In this document: in pieces, positions 1-8,882 of the stretch | Numbering within the stretch: position 1 is the stretch's first letter | How the letters are laid out: the number at the start of each line of letters is the position of its first letter | Virus record (IMG/VR): IMGVR_UViG_3300048592_001404 | Coordinates: 6,317-70,316 of that record | Origin: a virus | DNA length: 64,000 nt | Reading direction: 5' to 3' (one strand) | The notes under the pieces: generated by a model | Seen by the model: only the letters and a program-made list of their open reading frames with translations | Told to the model about the DNA's origin: nothing | The model's database searches: none | Position numbers and translations under genes: made by a program

Positions 1-852
1 CGCCCCCGCCCAGGGAAGCACCGGCAGAAGCCAGTCCGTCAGGTTGAGCAGGCCCACGGTGCGCTCGGTGACATCCTTGGCGCGCTCGGCGGTCTCAACG
101 GCGGGCGCCACCACCGAGGCCGCGGCACCAGCCATGCCGATAATGCCTGTGGCGATCTGGGCATCGGCGGCCTTCACGATGCGCGAACCCTCCGGCTTGC
201 CCTCTGCCCGCTCGCGCGAAACTGCGCGGGGCTTCGCCTTCTGCAGCGCCTCGACGACAACTGGATCCACATCCGGGCTGAGGCCCAGACCGTTGTCGGC
301 CCGGAAGGCGAGAACGGCGGCTCGCGTGCGAGCACCGTAGCGCCCGTCGACGTTGCCCACCTCGAAATACCCCAAGTCCTTCAACTGCTGCTGGACGACC
401 TTCATCTCCGGCCGCTGTGATGCGTCGGCGCGCAGGGGCCTTCGGATGCCGAGCAGGCGCGACTTCGCATAGCGCGCGACAGTGACGCCGTCCGACTGGT
501 TGCCGCCCAGAACCTCGATCTGGCCGCCCGACACCTTGAGGAAGAAGGCGACATGACCCTGTGCAACGCTGGAGCCGCGCGTGAACACCACGACGTCGCC
601 CTCCTTCGCCTGCTCGACACCCGCGACCTTCTCGCCCCAGGTCAGATAGGACCGCGCATTGAGTTTGCGCGTAGACGGCATGCTCGCCTTCTCGAGACAA
701 TGGCCGACGAAGGCGGCGCACCAGGCGACCTCGTCATGCTCGACCCAGTCATGGCCGACAGTGCGGTACATCTCCATGACCTTCGGGTTGTCGGCGGAGC
801 CCTTGATCTCTTTCGTGCCGAGATAGCTGCGGGCGATGGTCATGTGGGTCAT
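1..852 (-). CDS. TIGR02594/NlpC-P60-like cell wall hydrolase with peptidoglycan-binding domain (endolysin), 3' end outside window
   Basis: Hand translation MTHMTIARSYLGTKEIKG...DEVAWCAAFVGHCL...GHVAFF...VLGGNQSD, then VQQQLKDLGYFEVGNVDGRYGARTRAAVLAFRADNGL; AGGAGG RBS upstream; not in ORF track because it runs off the edge. Confidence 0.85.
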   Translation of the reverse strand, partial: MTHMTIARSYLGTKEIKGSADNPKVMEMYRTVGHDWVEHDEVAWCAAFVGHCLEKASMPSTRKLNARSYLTWGEKVAGVEQAKEGDVVVFTRGSSVAQGHVAFFLKVSGGQIEVLGGNQSDGVTVARYAKSRLLGIRRPLRADASQRPEMKVVQQQLKDLGYFEVGNVDGRYGARTRAAVLAFRADNGLGLSPDVDPVVVEALQKAKPRAVSRERAEGKPEGSRIVKAADAQIATGIIGMAGAAASVVAPAVETAERAKDVTERTVGLLNLTDWLLPVLPWAGA

Positions 853-941
853 GGACAAAATCCTCCTACTTGCCAGAAGGCCTGTGGCCTTCGGCATTGG
901 TTGGGTCTGGAGATGTGAGAGGGGTGGGAAATGCTTGCCGC

Positions 942-1256
942 TCAGGGCGGCAGCTTGGTCAGATGCTCGAGCAGAAAGTCATAGAGCTTGTCGATCTTGC
1001 CCTCGATGGCGTCGAAGCGCTTGGCAATCGAGGGCTGGTCGATCCGGGCGACGTCAAGTTCCAGCATGCCGACGCGGGCGCGGATATCGTGTATGTCGGC
1101 CTTGATGGCGGCGATGTCCTTCGTGACTTGGCTGGCGGCGTCGGGGACGAGCGCCTCCTTCAGCTTCACCATGGCGAGAAGTGCGCCCGCCACGCCGCCG
1201 AGCCCGACGACGAAGTAAACCACCGTGGGAATATCTCCGGTCCAGTCCTGCACCAT
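942..1256 (-). CDS. Small membrane protein with coiled coil, holin-like
   Basis: One N-terminal hydrophobic segment plus heptad-like C-terminus; directly upstream of endolysin. Confidence 0.6.
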   Translation of the reverse strand: MVQDWTGDIPTVVYFVVGLGGVAGALLAMVKLKEALVPDAASQVTKDIAAIKADIHDIRARVGMLELDVARIDQPSIAKRFDAIEGKIDKLYDFLLEHLTKLPP

Positions 1257-1270
1257 GCGGGAACCTCCTG

Positions 1271-2278
1271 TTACGTGTCGGACGAGGCACCCGACCCCGG
1301 CTGCTTCAGGCTGAGCTGCGTAATGAAGCCCCCGCCCCGCGAATAGCTGTGGGTGACACTTTCGATGCGGTAAGCACCATCGATGCCAGGCCGCGCGCCC
1401 GTCACGATGCAGAGTCCATCCGGAATGGCGGAAGTGTCGCCCTCGATGGTGACGCTGCCCTCGCCGGCATCGCGCTCCGAGGTCGCCCTGTCGGAGGCGG
1501 TCTGCTGCATCGCCTCATCCTCATCCGGCTTTGCATATCTGTGATCGTGCCGGGCCTCGACACTGAGCGCGGTGTCCTCCTCCGCTTCCTGCCATTCGGC
1601 CTTCGCAGAATCGTACCAGCGCGCCCGGACCTGTGAGTACTGCGCCCGCCCGAGCGAGGGCGAGATGTCCCAGCCGTGCAGGTTCCGGCCCCATGCGGCG
1701 ACGACCGCCGCAGTGTAGCTGCCGCCGCGCTTCGACATGATGGCGCGTGTGCCGTGGATCCGGAAATTGCCGCCGATCTCGCGGGCAAGACGCTCGCCCA
1801 TGTGGATGAAGCTCTCGTCGCGCATCTCGAAGTACTTGCGGGTGATCGAGGACAGAGAGGGATCGATCTCGACTTGCCCGACGCCCGCCGCCTTCCCGGC
1901 CTTGCTCAGGATGTCCCCGACGGTACTGTCATCGAAATGGCGCTGCTGGCCTTCCTTTGGCTTGCTTGTGGTGTCCATGCCCTTGGCGGATATCGACAGC
2001 GTGCGCCCGCTGCCGCGGGAGCCCGACGACCTGACCTCGTCCACGGTGCCGGCGAACACCACCCGTACCCCATCGCCCTCCCAGCCCAGCGCCACGATGA
2101 CGGGTGCTCCGATCCGGGGCAGCACGATGCGGCCGTCCGTATCATCGATCTCGAGGGACGCCGTATCGGAGTGGGTGCCGACCTTGTCAGAAACTGAAAG
2201 CGAGATCAGCACCGGCATGAGCGTCGAGGTGATGTTGGAGCCCGCCACCGTGACCATGAACATTGCGCGTTTGGACAT
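1271..2278 (-). CDS. Phage late control D / baseplate hub protein (P2 gpD-like)
   Basis: 335 aa, LISLSVSDKVGTHSDTASLEIDD N-terminus; follows gpU and gpX. Confidence 0.88.
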   Translation of the reverse strand: MSKRAMFMVTVAGSNITSTLMPVLISLSVSDKVGTHSDTASLEIDDTDGRIVLPRIGAPVIVALGWEGDGVRVVFAGTVDEVRSSGSRGSGRTLSISAKGMDTTSKPKEGQQRHFDDSTVGDILSKAGKAAGVGQVEIDPSLSSITRKYFEMRDESFIHMGERLAREIGGNFRIHGTRAIMSKRGGSYTAAVVAAWGRNLHGWDISPSLGRAQYSQVRARWYDSAKAEWQEAEEDTALSVEARHDHRYAKPDEDEAMQQTASDRATSERDAGEGSVTIEGDTSAIPDGLCIVTGARPGIDGAYRIESVTHSYSRGGGFITQLSLKQPGSGASSDT

Positions 2279-2284
2279 GAAGGA

Positions 2285-2506
2285 TCACCACAGCTTGATC
2301 TGTTCGAGAATTATCGGCTCGCGCGGCGTGGGCACCGGCAAGTCGAAGCTCGTGCCGACGGGTAGAAAGGCGCCAAGCTCCGCAAGACCCGGATTGATGT
2401 CGTGGATCTGCTCGACGAGGGCCGGCATGGGACGTTTGAACCGCCGCCACACGATGAGCGACACCGTGATGAACTCGCCCTCGACCGTCACGGGCTCGAC
2501 GATCAT
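2285..2506 (-). CDS. Tail protein X (P2 gpX, LysM-like)
   Basis: 73 aa with INPGLAELGAFLPVG motif and C-terminal IKLW. Confidence 0.88.
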   Translation of the reverse strand: MIVEPVTVEGEFITVSLIVWRRFKRPMPALVEQIHDINPGLAELGAFLPVGTSFDLPVPTPREPIILEQIKLW

Positions 2507-2925
2507 GAAAACATCCCCGAAAACACCGAGAAGAAGGAACCGTTGGATGGCTTCGCCGAGCGCCGCACCGAGATGTCGACGTCAATGACCCGGCCGATGC
2601 CTTCGGCGTCGAGATAGCTGGACCGCTCGCTGACCCTCTCGATCACCACCCAGCCCATCTGCGCGCCGTCGCCGCGCATGAGATAGAGCGGCCTGCCCGC
2701 CGCCCGCGCCTGGTAGAGCTTCTTGAGATCGCCAAGGCCGCCGAAGCGGTGCGGAAAGATGCGGGCCTTGATCGACCAGCTTTCGGCTCCCTCGCCCACC
2801 CATTCGAGCGGCGGCCTGGCACCGAGCACCGGCTTTTCCACGAAGTTCGATTCGTGACCGTGGTCGTATTCCGTCGCGTTGAACGGATAGACCTCGAAGC
2901 GGATGGGGCCCAGCGTCATCAGCAT
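2503..2925 (-). CDS. Tail protein gpU-like (tube initiator)
   Basis: MLMTLGPIRFEV...LEWVGEG...GWVVIERVSE; position after tape measure. Confidence 0.88.
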   Translation of the reverse strand: MLMTLGPIRFEVYPFNATEYDHGHESNFVEKPVLGARPPLEWVGEGAESWSIKARIFPHRFGGLGDLKKLYQARAAGRPLYLMRGDGAQMGWVVIERVSERSSYLDAEGIGRVIDVDISVRRSAKPSNGSFFSVFSGMFS

Positions 2926-5312
2926 CAGGCGAACCTCAGCCCTGCATCGGCATAAACACCGCGGAAGGTCTCACGGACCTCGTCGCGCAGCACGCGGCGG
3001 ATCTGCTGGACGACGTCATCTGGTTCGGTCCTGCCGTTGAAGGTCATGTTGAAGACAGGCGACACGGTGATTCCACCCGCCGGGAAAGAGCCAGCCCGGT
3101 TAACGTAGCCCGAGCGCCCCGCGGTGATGAGTTCGGGGCCTCGCTCGCCCACTAGGTAGCTGGCACCTCGGCTGACCGGGCCTCCGGCGGCGCGCTTCGT
3201 CAGGTCCTCGATGGGGCCGACGCCGTAGGGATCATTCGGATCGACGGCCGACTTGGTCCCCGCCCCGGCCCTACGCGGGTTAACGGCGGGCGTGGGCGTC
3301 CGGCCGGTGAACGACAGGGCGGAGCTGATGCTGCTCGCAATCCCGCTGGCCCAGTTGAGGATATCGTTGCCGATCGAGACGAGGCCGTCGAAGAAGGACT
3401 GCATGAACTGCCGCCCGATGTCGTAGAGACTGCCGAGGGAGGTGGCAATTCTGCCGGGGAGTTCCGCGAACCAGCGTATGACATTGCCCACGGCAGTGCC
3501 TGCCGCCGCACCCCACTCCCGCCACGCCGCAGGCGAGATCTCGAAACTCACCTTCGACAACCAGCCGAACAGCGTACTGACGCCCGATATGACCGGGTCC
3601 AGCATCGGCCTGACCGGCCCGAGGGCCGCGGAGAAGGCCTGCCCGAAGGCGGAGAACATCTGCCCGATGCCCTGCCAGTTGTCATGGATGAACTTGCCCG
3701 CCATGGCGATGCCGATGAGGATTGCGCCGACGCCGGTCAGCATGACCGCGCCGCGGAGCGCCACGGCGGCAGCGGTGACCAGCTTCATGGGGTTGAGCAG
3801 CCCCAGGAGTCCGGAGCCCAGCGTACCGAACACGGCCTTCAGCCCCCCGGCCGATCCCAGCATGGTGAGACCGAGGAGCGATCCCCGGAGGCTGGTGAGG
3901 CCTTTGCCCAGCATGGCGAGCGGAGCCGTGACGGCGACAGCCCGTAGTGCCGTCAGCGCGGCGGTGACGCCCCTGAGCCCGAAGGCCAGGGTGGCCAGCA
4001 TGCCGCCCTTGCCCATCAGGCCGATGAAGGTCAGGCCCGCCAGCGCCGCCTTCAAAGCGACGAAACCCGCCGTGATGGCGACGAGCGCACCTGAGACGCC
4101 CGGGTACTGCGAGACGATGGCGGTCAGCATCTCGAGGACGGGCTTCAGCGCCCCGGCGATGCCGCCCAGCACAGGGATGAGGGCCGAACCAACACTGGTC
4201 TGGAAGTTCTGCAGTGCGATCTGGAACTGCTTGATCTGCTCGACGCCGGTCTGCATCATGCGTGAAAAATCCGCGCTGATGACGCCGTCGGCGCGGGCCG
4301 CCTCGTCGCGGAGCCGGATGTAATCCTCGAGCCCGGTCAGGAGCGGAATCAGGCCCTTCTGGACCTGGGCGTCGGAAAAGAGCTCACCCAGCCGCGACAG
4401 GTCGCCACCGATCGCCTGATTGATGGCGCGAAGCGAAGCCTCGAGAGGGTCCGTTCCATTGGCCTTTGCGTCCTTCAGCACCTTCTGGATGTCGATGCCC
4501 TTCTTGCGGAAGTTCTTGATGGCATCGTTGGAATTGATCTTCTGCAGGATGTTGTTGAAGTTGGTGGCGGCCTCGGAGGCATCGCCCGCACCCCGCCGCA
4601 CGATCTGCAGGGCGGAAGCGATCTGCGCCAGTCCGTCGGCCCCGGTCATGCCCTTGGAACTGGCGAGGGCCGTGATCGACGGCAGATACTGCGCCATATC
4701 GCGCAGCTCGAAGCCGCCCGCCTTGCCGGCCGCCGCCATGATGTCGAAAGAACGGCCCAGGTTCTCGGCCGCGACGCCAAGATTGGACATCGCGGCGAAA
4801 CCCGCCTTCGACAGATCCTCGAGGCTCGCCCCCGTGGCGGTGGCCGCCTGCGCGATGGAGGGCATGGCCTTCGTCGCCCGCTCGACATCTAGGCCCATGC
4901 CGACCAGGAAGTCCTGTGCCTTCACGATGTCTGTGGCGAACTGGTTCATCTGCGAGGATGTCCGCTTCGCGGCCTCGCCGATGACCGCCATCTGCTCCGC
5001 GGTGAGATCTCCCTTGGCGCCGATCTCGGCAAGCGCCCGGTCGAATTCGTGGGCGGCCTGCACAGGCGCGCTGAAGGCGCTCTTCAGGACATAGAGCGTC
5101 CCCACCGCGTCCAGCATGCGCCCGCGCGCCGCGTCGAGCGCGCGATTGTTGCGCGTGATGGCGGCATCCAGCCGGTCGGACATGGTGATGGGCGCCGCGG
5201 TGGCGTCACGCACCGTCCGCGTCAGCCCGCGCAGGCTGTTCGCCACGCCCCGCGCCGGGCCCGAGACCCGGTCGAGCAGTTCGACGATGAGCTGAGTGGT
5301 CTGGCTGGCCAT
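2925..5312 (-). CDS. Tail tape measure protein
   Basis: 795 aa Ala/Gly-rich, TP901-type core, C-terminal RAAGGPV..G..YLVGERGPEL motif. Confidence 0.92.
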   Translation of the reverse strand: MASQTTQLIVELLDRVSGPARGVANSLRGLTRTVRDATAAPITMSDRLDAAITRNNRALDAARGRMLDAVGTLYVLKSAFSAPVQAAHEFDRALAEIGAKGDLTAEQMAVIGEAAKRTSSQMNQFATDIVKAQDFLVGMGLDVERATKAMPSIAQAATATGASLEDLSKAGFAAMSNLGVAAENLGRSFDIMAAAGKAGGFELRDMAQYLPSITALASSKGMTGADGLAQIASALQIVRRGAGDASEAATNFNNILQKINSNDAIKNFRKKGIDIQKVLKDAKANGTDPLEASLRAINQAIGGDLSRLGELFSDAQVQKGLIPLLTGLEDYIRLRDEAARADGVISADFSRMMQTGVEQIKQFQIALQNFQTSVGSALIPVLGGIAGALKPVLEMLTAIVSQYPGVSGALVAITAGFVALKAALAGLTFIGLMGKGGMLATLAFGLRGVTAALTALRAVAVTAPLAMLGKGLTSLRGSLLGLTMLGSAGGLKAVFGTLGSGLLGLLNPMKLVTAAAVALRGAVMLTGVGAILIGIAMAGKFIHDNWQGIGQMFSAFGQAFSAALGPVRPMLDPVISGVSTLFGWLSKVSFEISPAAWREWGAAAGTAVGNVIRWFAELPGRIATSLGSLYDIGRQFMQSFFDGLVSIGNDILNWASGIASSISSALSFTGRTPTPAVNPRRAGAGTKSAVDPNDPYGVGPIEDLTKRAAGGPVSRGASYLVGERGPELITAGRSGYVNRAGSFPAGGITVSPVFNMTFNGRTEPDDVVQQIRRVLRDEVRETFRGVYADAGLRFA

Positions 5313-5315
5313 TCG

Positions 5316-5477
5316 TCAATTCCTCCCGGAACCGGCGATCCGCCGCGCCTCTGCATGCCAGAGCAGCAGCTCGTCCCAGTCCATCCCGTCTAAGGCCGTC
5401 ACCGGCGTGGAGAGCACATGCGCAATGTCCGCGACAATGCCGCGCCAGACGCTCACGTCGGGCCCCTGGGCAAAAAA
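5316..5477 (-). CDS. gpE' extension of tail assembly chaperone, reached by -1 frameshift
   Basis: TTTTTTG at 5477-5471; -1 frame reads FAQGPDVSVWRGIVADIAHVLSTPVTALDGMDWDELLLWHAEARRIAGSGRN*, P2 GpE'-like. Confidence 0.8.
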   Translation of the reverse strand, partial: FFAQGPDVSVWRGIVADIAHVLSTPVTALDGMDWDELLLWHAEARRIAGSGRN

Positions 5478-5749
5478 CCGCCCAGCACCTCCGAGATCGC
5501 CGCGAAATCGGCGGCATCCATCTCGTCCATGGCCTCCATGGGCAGATCGCAGAGCGCTGCCGCCATGGCGATGCCCTGGTCAAGCTCATTCGAGCCCGGC
5601 TCTCGCGCCTTCTCCATCGCCCGAAGGTCCCGAACCTTGGGACGGCGGATGGCGACTTCGGTGATCATGCGATCCTCGACCCTGATTGGGCGAACGAGCT
5701 TCACGCGTGCGGGGTCATTCATGATGCGGTCTCCCTGTTCGCGGGTCAT
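5453..5749 (-). CDS. Tail assembly chaperone (gpE/gp41-like)
   Basis: IRRPKVRDLRA...MDAADF motifs; lies between tube and tape measure. Confidence 0.88.
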   Translation of the reverse strand: MTREQGDRIMNDPARVKLVRPIRVEDRMITEVAIRRPKVRDLRAMEKAREPGSNELDQGIAMAAALCDLPMEAMDEMDAADFAAISEVLGGFLPRGPT

Positions 5750-6279
5750 CAGCGCTGGACGCGCAGGATGCGGCGCTCGTCATCATTCTGCGAGACGCCG
5801 TCCAGCCGCCAATCAGAGGAGAAGAAGTCCCAGAACAGCTTTTCCTTCTCGTTGAACCAGAGCTCGTAGTGCATCACCTCGTTGATGGCGTATTCGTGCC
5901 CCTGCAGCTCGCCGCGCTGGAAGGCGTCGGGCTCGATCTTGCCGAGCCGTCCCTCGATGATGGCCTTGGACTCGATTGCAATGCCGGTTCGCTTGTCACG
6001 GATCACGCCATAGGCTGTGAACACCTTCTGGCGCGACGAGCCGAGGCCGAACTGGGTGAGGAGATCCGGGTCCCAGCCATTGAGCTTGAAGGTCGGCTCC
6101 AGCTTCTGGATGCCGACCGCCACCTCGATCTGCACCCGGGAGCCGCCGGCGTGATGGTCCTGGTACATCTCCTGCAGCGTGGGCAGCTTGAGCTCGGCCA
6201 ACGTCAGGTGTTTCGAGGCGGTGGGGTCGTGATCGCCGGCGAACAGGTTTGCCGCCTCCATGACATGGATGGTGCTCAT
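5749..6279 (-). CDS. Major tail tube protein (P2 FII-like)
   Basis: 176 aa, ELKLPTL...HAGG motif; follows sheath. Confidence 0.88.
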   Translation of the reverse strand: MSTIHVMEAANLFAGDHDPTASKHLTLAELKLPTLQEMYQDHHAGGSRVQIEVAVGIQKLEPTFKLNGWDPDLLTQFGLGSSRQKVFTAYGVIRDKRTGIAIESKAIIEGRLGKIEPDAFQRGELQGHEYAINEVMHYELWFNEKEKLFWDFFSSDWRLDGVSQNDDERRILRVQR

Positions 6280-6305
6280 GGGAATTCCTCCTTGTTGTGT
6301 GGCGA

Positions 6306-7553
6306 TCAGCCGGTGACCGCGTCGACCTGGGCAAGCAGGTCGTCGAGCAGCGCGTCGAGCGCGGGGCGGTAGCGGGCGGACTGGATACCCAGATACCTGA
6401 GCACCGGCGCCTCCTCGGCGGCGAAGTTGACCGTGAACCTGCCCTGCCGCAGCTCTTCCGGCGAGTTCTGGTCGCGGGTGAACTTGACCTCGTAACCGAG
6501 GATGTCGCCGTCGGCCTTCAGGTCGCGCATGGCGAAGCCCATGGTGTTGAGCACCGCCTGGATGGTCTGGCCGGTGAGATTGAAACGCCCGAGATAGAAT
6601 CGGAGCGTCCGCAGGAACATCAGGTGGATGTAATCGCGCCCGCGGGTGACATTATAGAAGCGCCAGAGATCGTCCTCGCCCGCATTGTCGGTGCCGACAT
6701 AGACAAAGCCGCCGGAGGCGATGGCCGTCTCGACGCCGAGTTCGCCCCTGAGAAGGACACCCACATTATTCGAAAGAAGCCGCTGGCCTTCCGTCGCGCC
6801 ATCGGTCAGCGAGAAATTGATCGGCCGCGAGGGTCCGACAATGCCGGCGACCGGCTGGTTCGCCCAGCTATGGAAGGGGCGTCCCTGCTTCTCGTGGTCG
6901 CGCCTGACGCCAATGCCAATGACGGCGGGGGACAGCGGCATCACCGCTACGTCGCTCCCGGCCATGACGCGGACGGCAGGATCGACCGGGATCAGGCGAC
7001 TTGAGGAAATCGTCTCGCGCCAATCGATGGCGGCCTGTTCCGTGGTGGCGGGCCCGTCCACCACGGCATGGGCGAGAAGCTTGTTGCAGATGGCAGGCAA
7101 CGCTGCGCACACCGCATTGGCATCGGTGCCCGTCCGCTGGCTGGTAAATCCCGGCGCACACAACAGCCTCGGAATGACGCCGAGCAGCGGCCCCGCCTGC
7201 ACGAAGGCCTCGAGGCCGGTGGAGATCCAATCGCCCACGACGTTGGCAATGGTCTCGGCAACGGTCTCCCCCTCCTCCACACGCACCACCACGACCTTGG
7301 CCGCGACCTGGAACTCGCCGAGCTGGGAATTGATCAGGGTCAGCGCGTCCGAGATGGTGCCCTCCGTTCCGAGCGCCGTCCGCTTCGCCGTATCGTCGGA
7401 ATAGAGGAACACCGGCGTATCGAGCGGAAACACCGCCGGATCGGCTTCGGGTGCGGTGCCGATGAGCCCCACCACCGACATGTCGCTGTAGACGGCGGGA
7501 CGCGGCTCGTTGTCGATCCGTGTGATCGAAATGCCAAAGGTTGGATCGGACAT
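6306..7553 (-). CDS. Tail sheath protein (P2 FI-like)
   Basis: MSDPTFGISI...SVVGLIGTAPEAD...FPLDTPV...PRLLCAPGF; start chosen at ATG with GGAG RBS. Confidence 0.92.
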   Translation of the reverse strand: MSDPTFGISITRIDNEPRPAVYSDMSVVGLIGTAPEADPAVFPLDTPVFLYSDDTAKRTALGTEGTISDALTLINSQLGEFQVAAKVVVVRVEEGETVAETIANVVGDWISTGLEAFVQAGPLLGVIPRLLCAPGFTSQRTGTDANAVCAALPAICNKLLAHAVVDGPATTEQAAIDWRETISSSRLIPVDPAVRVMAGSDVAVMPLSPAVIGIGVRRDHEKQGRPFHSWANQPVAGIVGPSRPINFSLTDGATEGQRLLSNNVGVLLRGELGVETAIASGGFVYVGTDNAGEDDLWRFYNVTRGRDYIHLMFLRTLRFYLGRFNLTGQTIQAVLNTMGFAMRDLKADGDILGYEVKFTRDQNSPEELRQGRFTVNFAAEEAPVLRYLGIQSARYRPALDALLDDLLAQVDAVTG

Positions 7554-7568
7554 GCGATGTCTCCATTG

Positions 7569-7606
7569 CAGAAAGCCCGCCGCATGGAGATTCCATGCTG
7601 CGAGCA
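7569..7606 (-). terminator. Hairpin with short U-tract just upstream of sheath RBS
   Basis: Minus strand GCTCGCAGCATGG-AATCT-CCATGCGGCGGGC-TTTCT. Confidence 0.45.
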
Positions 7607-7648
7607 CTGATGAACTGGGATCGGGTCAGGAATGGCGATGAGCGAGGA

Positions 7649-7882
7649 TCAGAAATCGATCTCGGGCGTGGTGATGGCGAGTTCGGCCTTCTCGCCGGAC
7701 TGCAGGAGGACTTCGAGGACGAGAAACTTGTTCGCGCCCGAAGCCGGCGTACCGTAGAATCGTACCGAACGGACCCATCCCCCGGCGCCGTCATCAACGA
7801 TGCCAGTCACCTCAATGTCCTTCACGCCGCCGATGGAGAGCTTCTGCGACACCTGCACGATGAGCGACTGCGTCATGTTCAT
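7649..7882 (-). CDS. Hypothetical small tail-module protein
   Basis: 77 aa, GAGG RBS, in operon context. Confidence 0.7.
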   Translation of the reverse strand: MNMTQSLIVQVSQKLSIGGVKDIEVTGIVDDGAGGWVRSVRFYGTPASGANKFLVLEVLLQSGEKAELAITTPEIDF

Positions 7883-7904
7883 TCCTCGCCTTGTCTACGG
7901 GGAT

Positions 7905-8693
7905 TCAGTAGCTGCCGCCGTCGGCGAGGCCATTGAGCGTCGCCTGAAGGTTGGATATCTGAGAGATCGTATGGCCGTGCGTGCCATCCGCCTTTGCGGC
8001 GAGCGTGGACACGAGCCCGGCAATGTCGGACATGCCGAGCACAACCACACCGGTCCTGCCGTTGACTGATGAGACGGGACCGCTTGCGAGAACGGCTTCC
8101 GCCGTCGCAGCCGCCTCCGCCGCGTCCACAGCGGCCTGTTGAGCAAGTGTCAGGGTCTCCTGGACTGCCGTCGCGGCCTCGAGCACCGCCACGCTGATGC
8201 CCGCCGTCGCCGAGATCACCCAATCATCGTGCGCGGCATCCCCAATGTTGCCGTTGACGAGAATGACCTCGAAGGCAAGCCCACCATTGGTCCGGTCGAA
8301 GTCCTCGACGCAAAGAACGGCATAATCGTCCTGTGTCCCCTCCGCCCGCCGGGTGAGCAGCACATAGGGGGTCGGCGAGAAGAGATCGCGCTGCGCCGGA
8401 TCGGTGATGGCGAGCGTCGACTGCAGGCCGGTCGTGATCGTGAGCGAGGTTTCCGACGTGGCGACCAGGAAGCCGTTCTCGGAAACGGCCTGAACCCTGG
8501 CGAGAAGAGGCCCGAGTACCTCGTTGACCCGGGTCAGGCCGAGGGCGACGAGACGGTCGGTATCGCCGGTGACCGAGGCCACCTCCTGCCCAAGCTGTCC
8601 GAAGGTCTCGGCGATCAGACGGAACCGCCGGTTGAAGAAGTCGCGGTCCAGCTCCTGTTGATCCCGGACACGAAGGTCCTCGAACCTCAGCAT
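7905..8693 (-). CDS. Short tail fibre-like protein
   Basis: C-terminal VSSVNGRTGVV and HGHTISQISNLQ fibre-type repeats. Confidence 0.65.
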   Translation of the reverse strand: MLRFEDLRVRDQQELDRDFFNRRFRLIAETFGQLGQEVASVTGDTDRLVALGLTRVNEVLGPLLARVQAVSENGFLVATSETSLTITTGLQSTLAITDPAQRDLFSPTPYVLLTRRAEGTQDDYAVLCVEDFDRTNGGLAFEVILVNGNIGDAAHDDWVISATAGISVAVLEAATAVQETLTLAQQAAVDAAEAAATAEAVLASGPVSSVNGRTGVVVLGMSDIAGLVSTLAAKADGTHGHTISQISNLQATLNGLADGGSY

Positions 8694-8699
8694 TGCACC

Positions 8700-8870
8700 C
8701 TACTCCATGAGCATGGGATCGGCGGACGCAATGGCATCCGCCGCCGCTTCCCTGATCGCGTCGTGGACCGCTGCCTTGACCGTGTACCTGGACCCGGGAT
8801 TGAAGTTCATGCCCGAGGCCGTGACGGGTCGATTGACCGTCAGGCGGTAATGCGTCGGATTCTTTGCCAT
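8700..8870 (-). CDS. Hypothetical 56-aa protein
   Basis: Hand translation MAKNPTHYRLTVNRPVTASGMNFNPGSRYTVKAAVHDAIREAAADAIASADPMLME; fills gap, GGGAG RBS. Confidence 0.7.
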   Translation of the reverse strand: MAKNPTHYRLTVNRPVTASGMNFNPGSRYTVKAAVHDAIREAAADAIASADPMLME

Positions 8871-8882
8871 GTGTCAGCTCCC

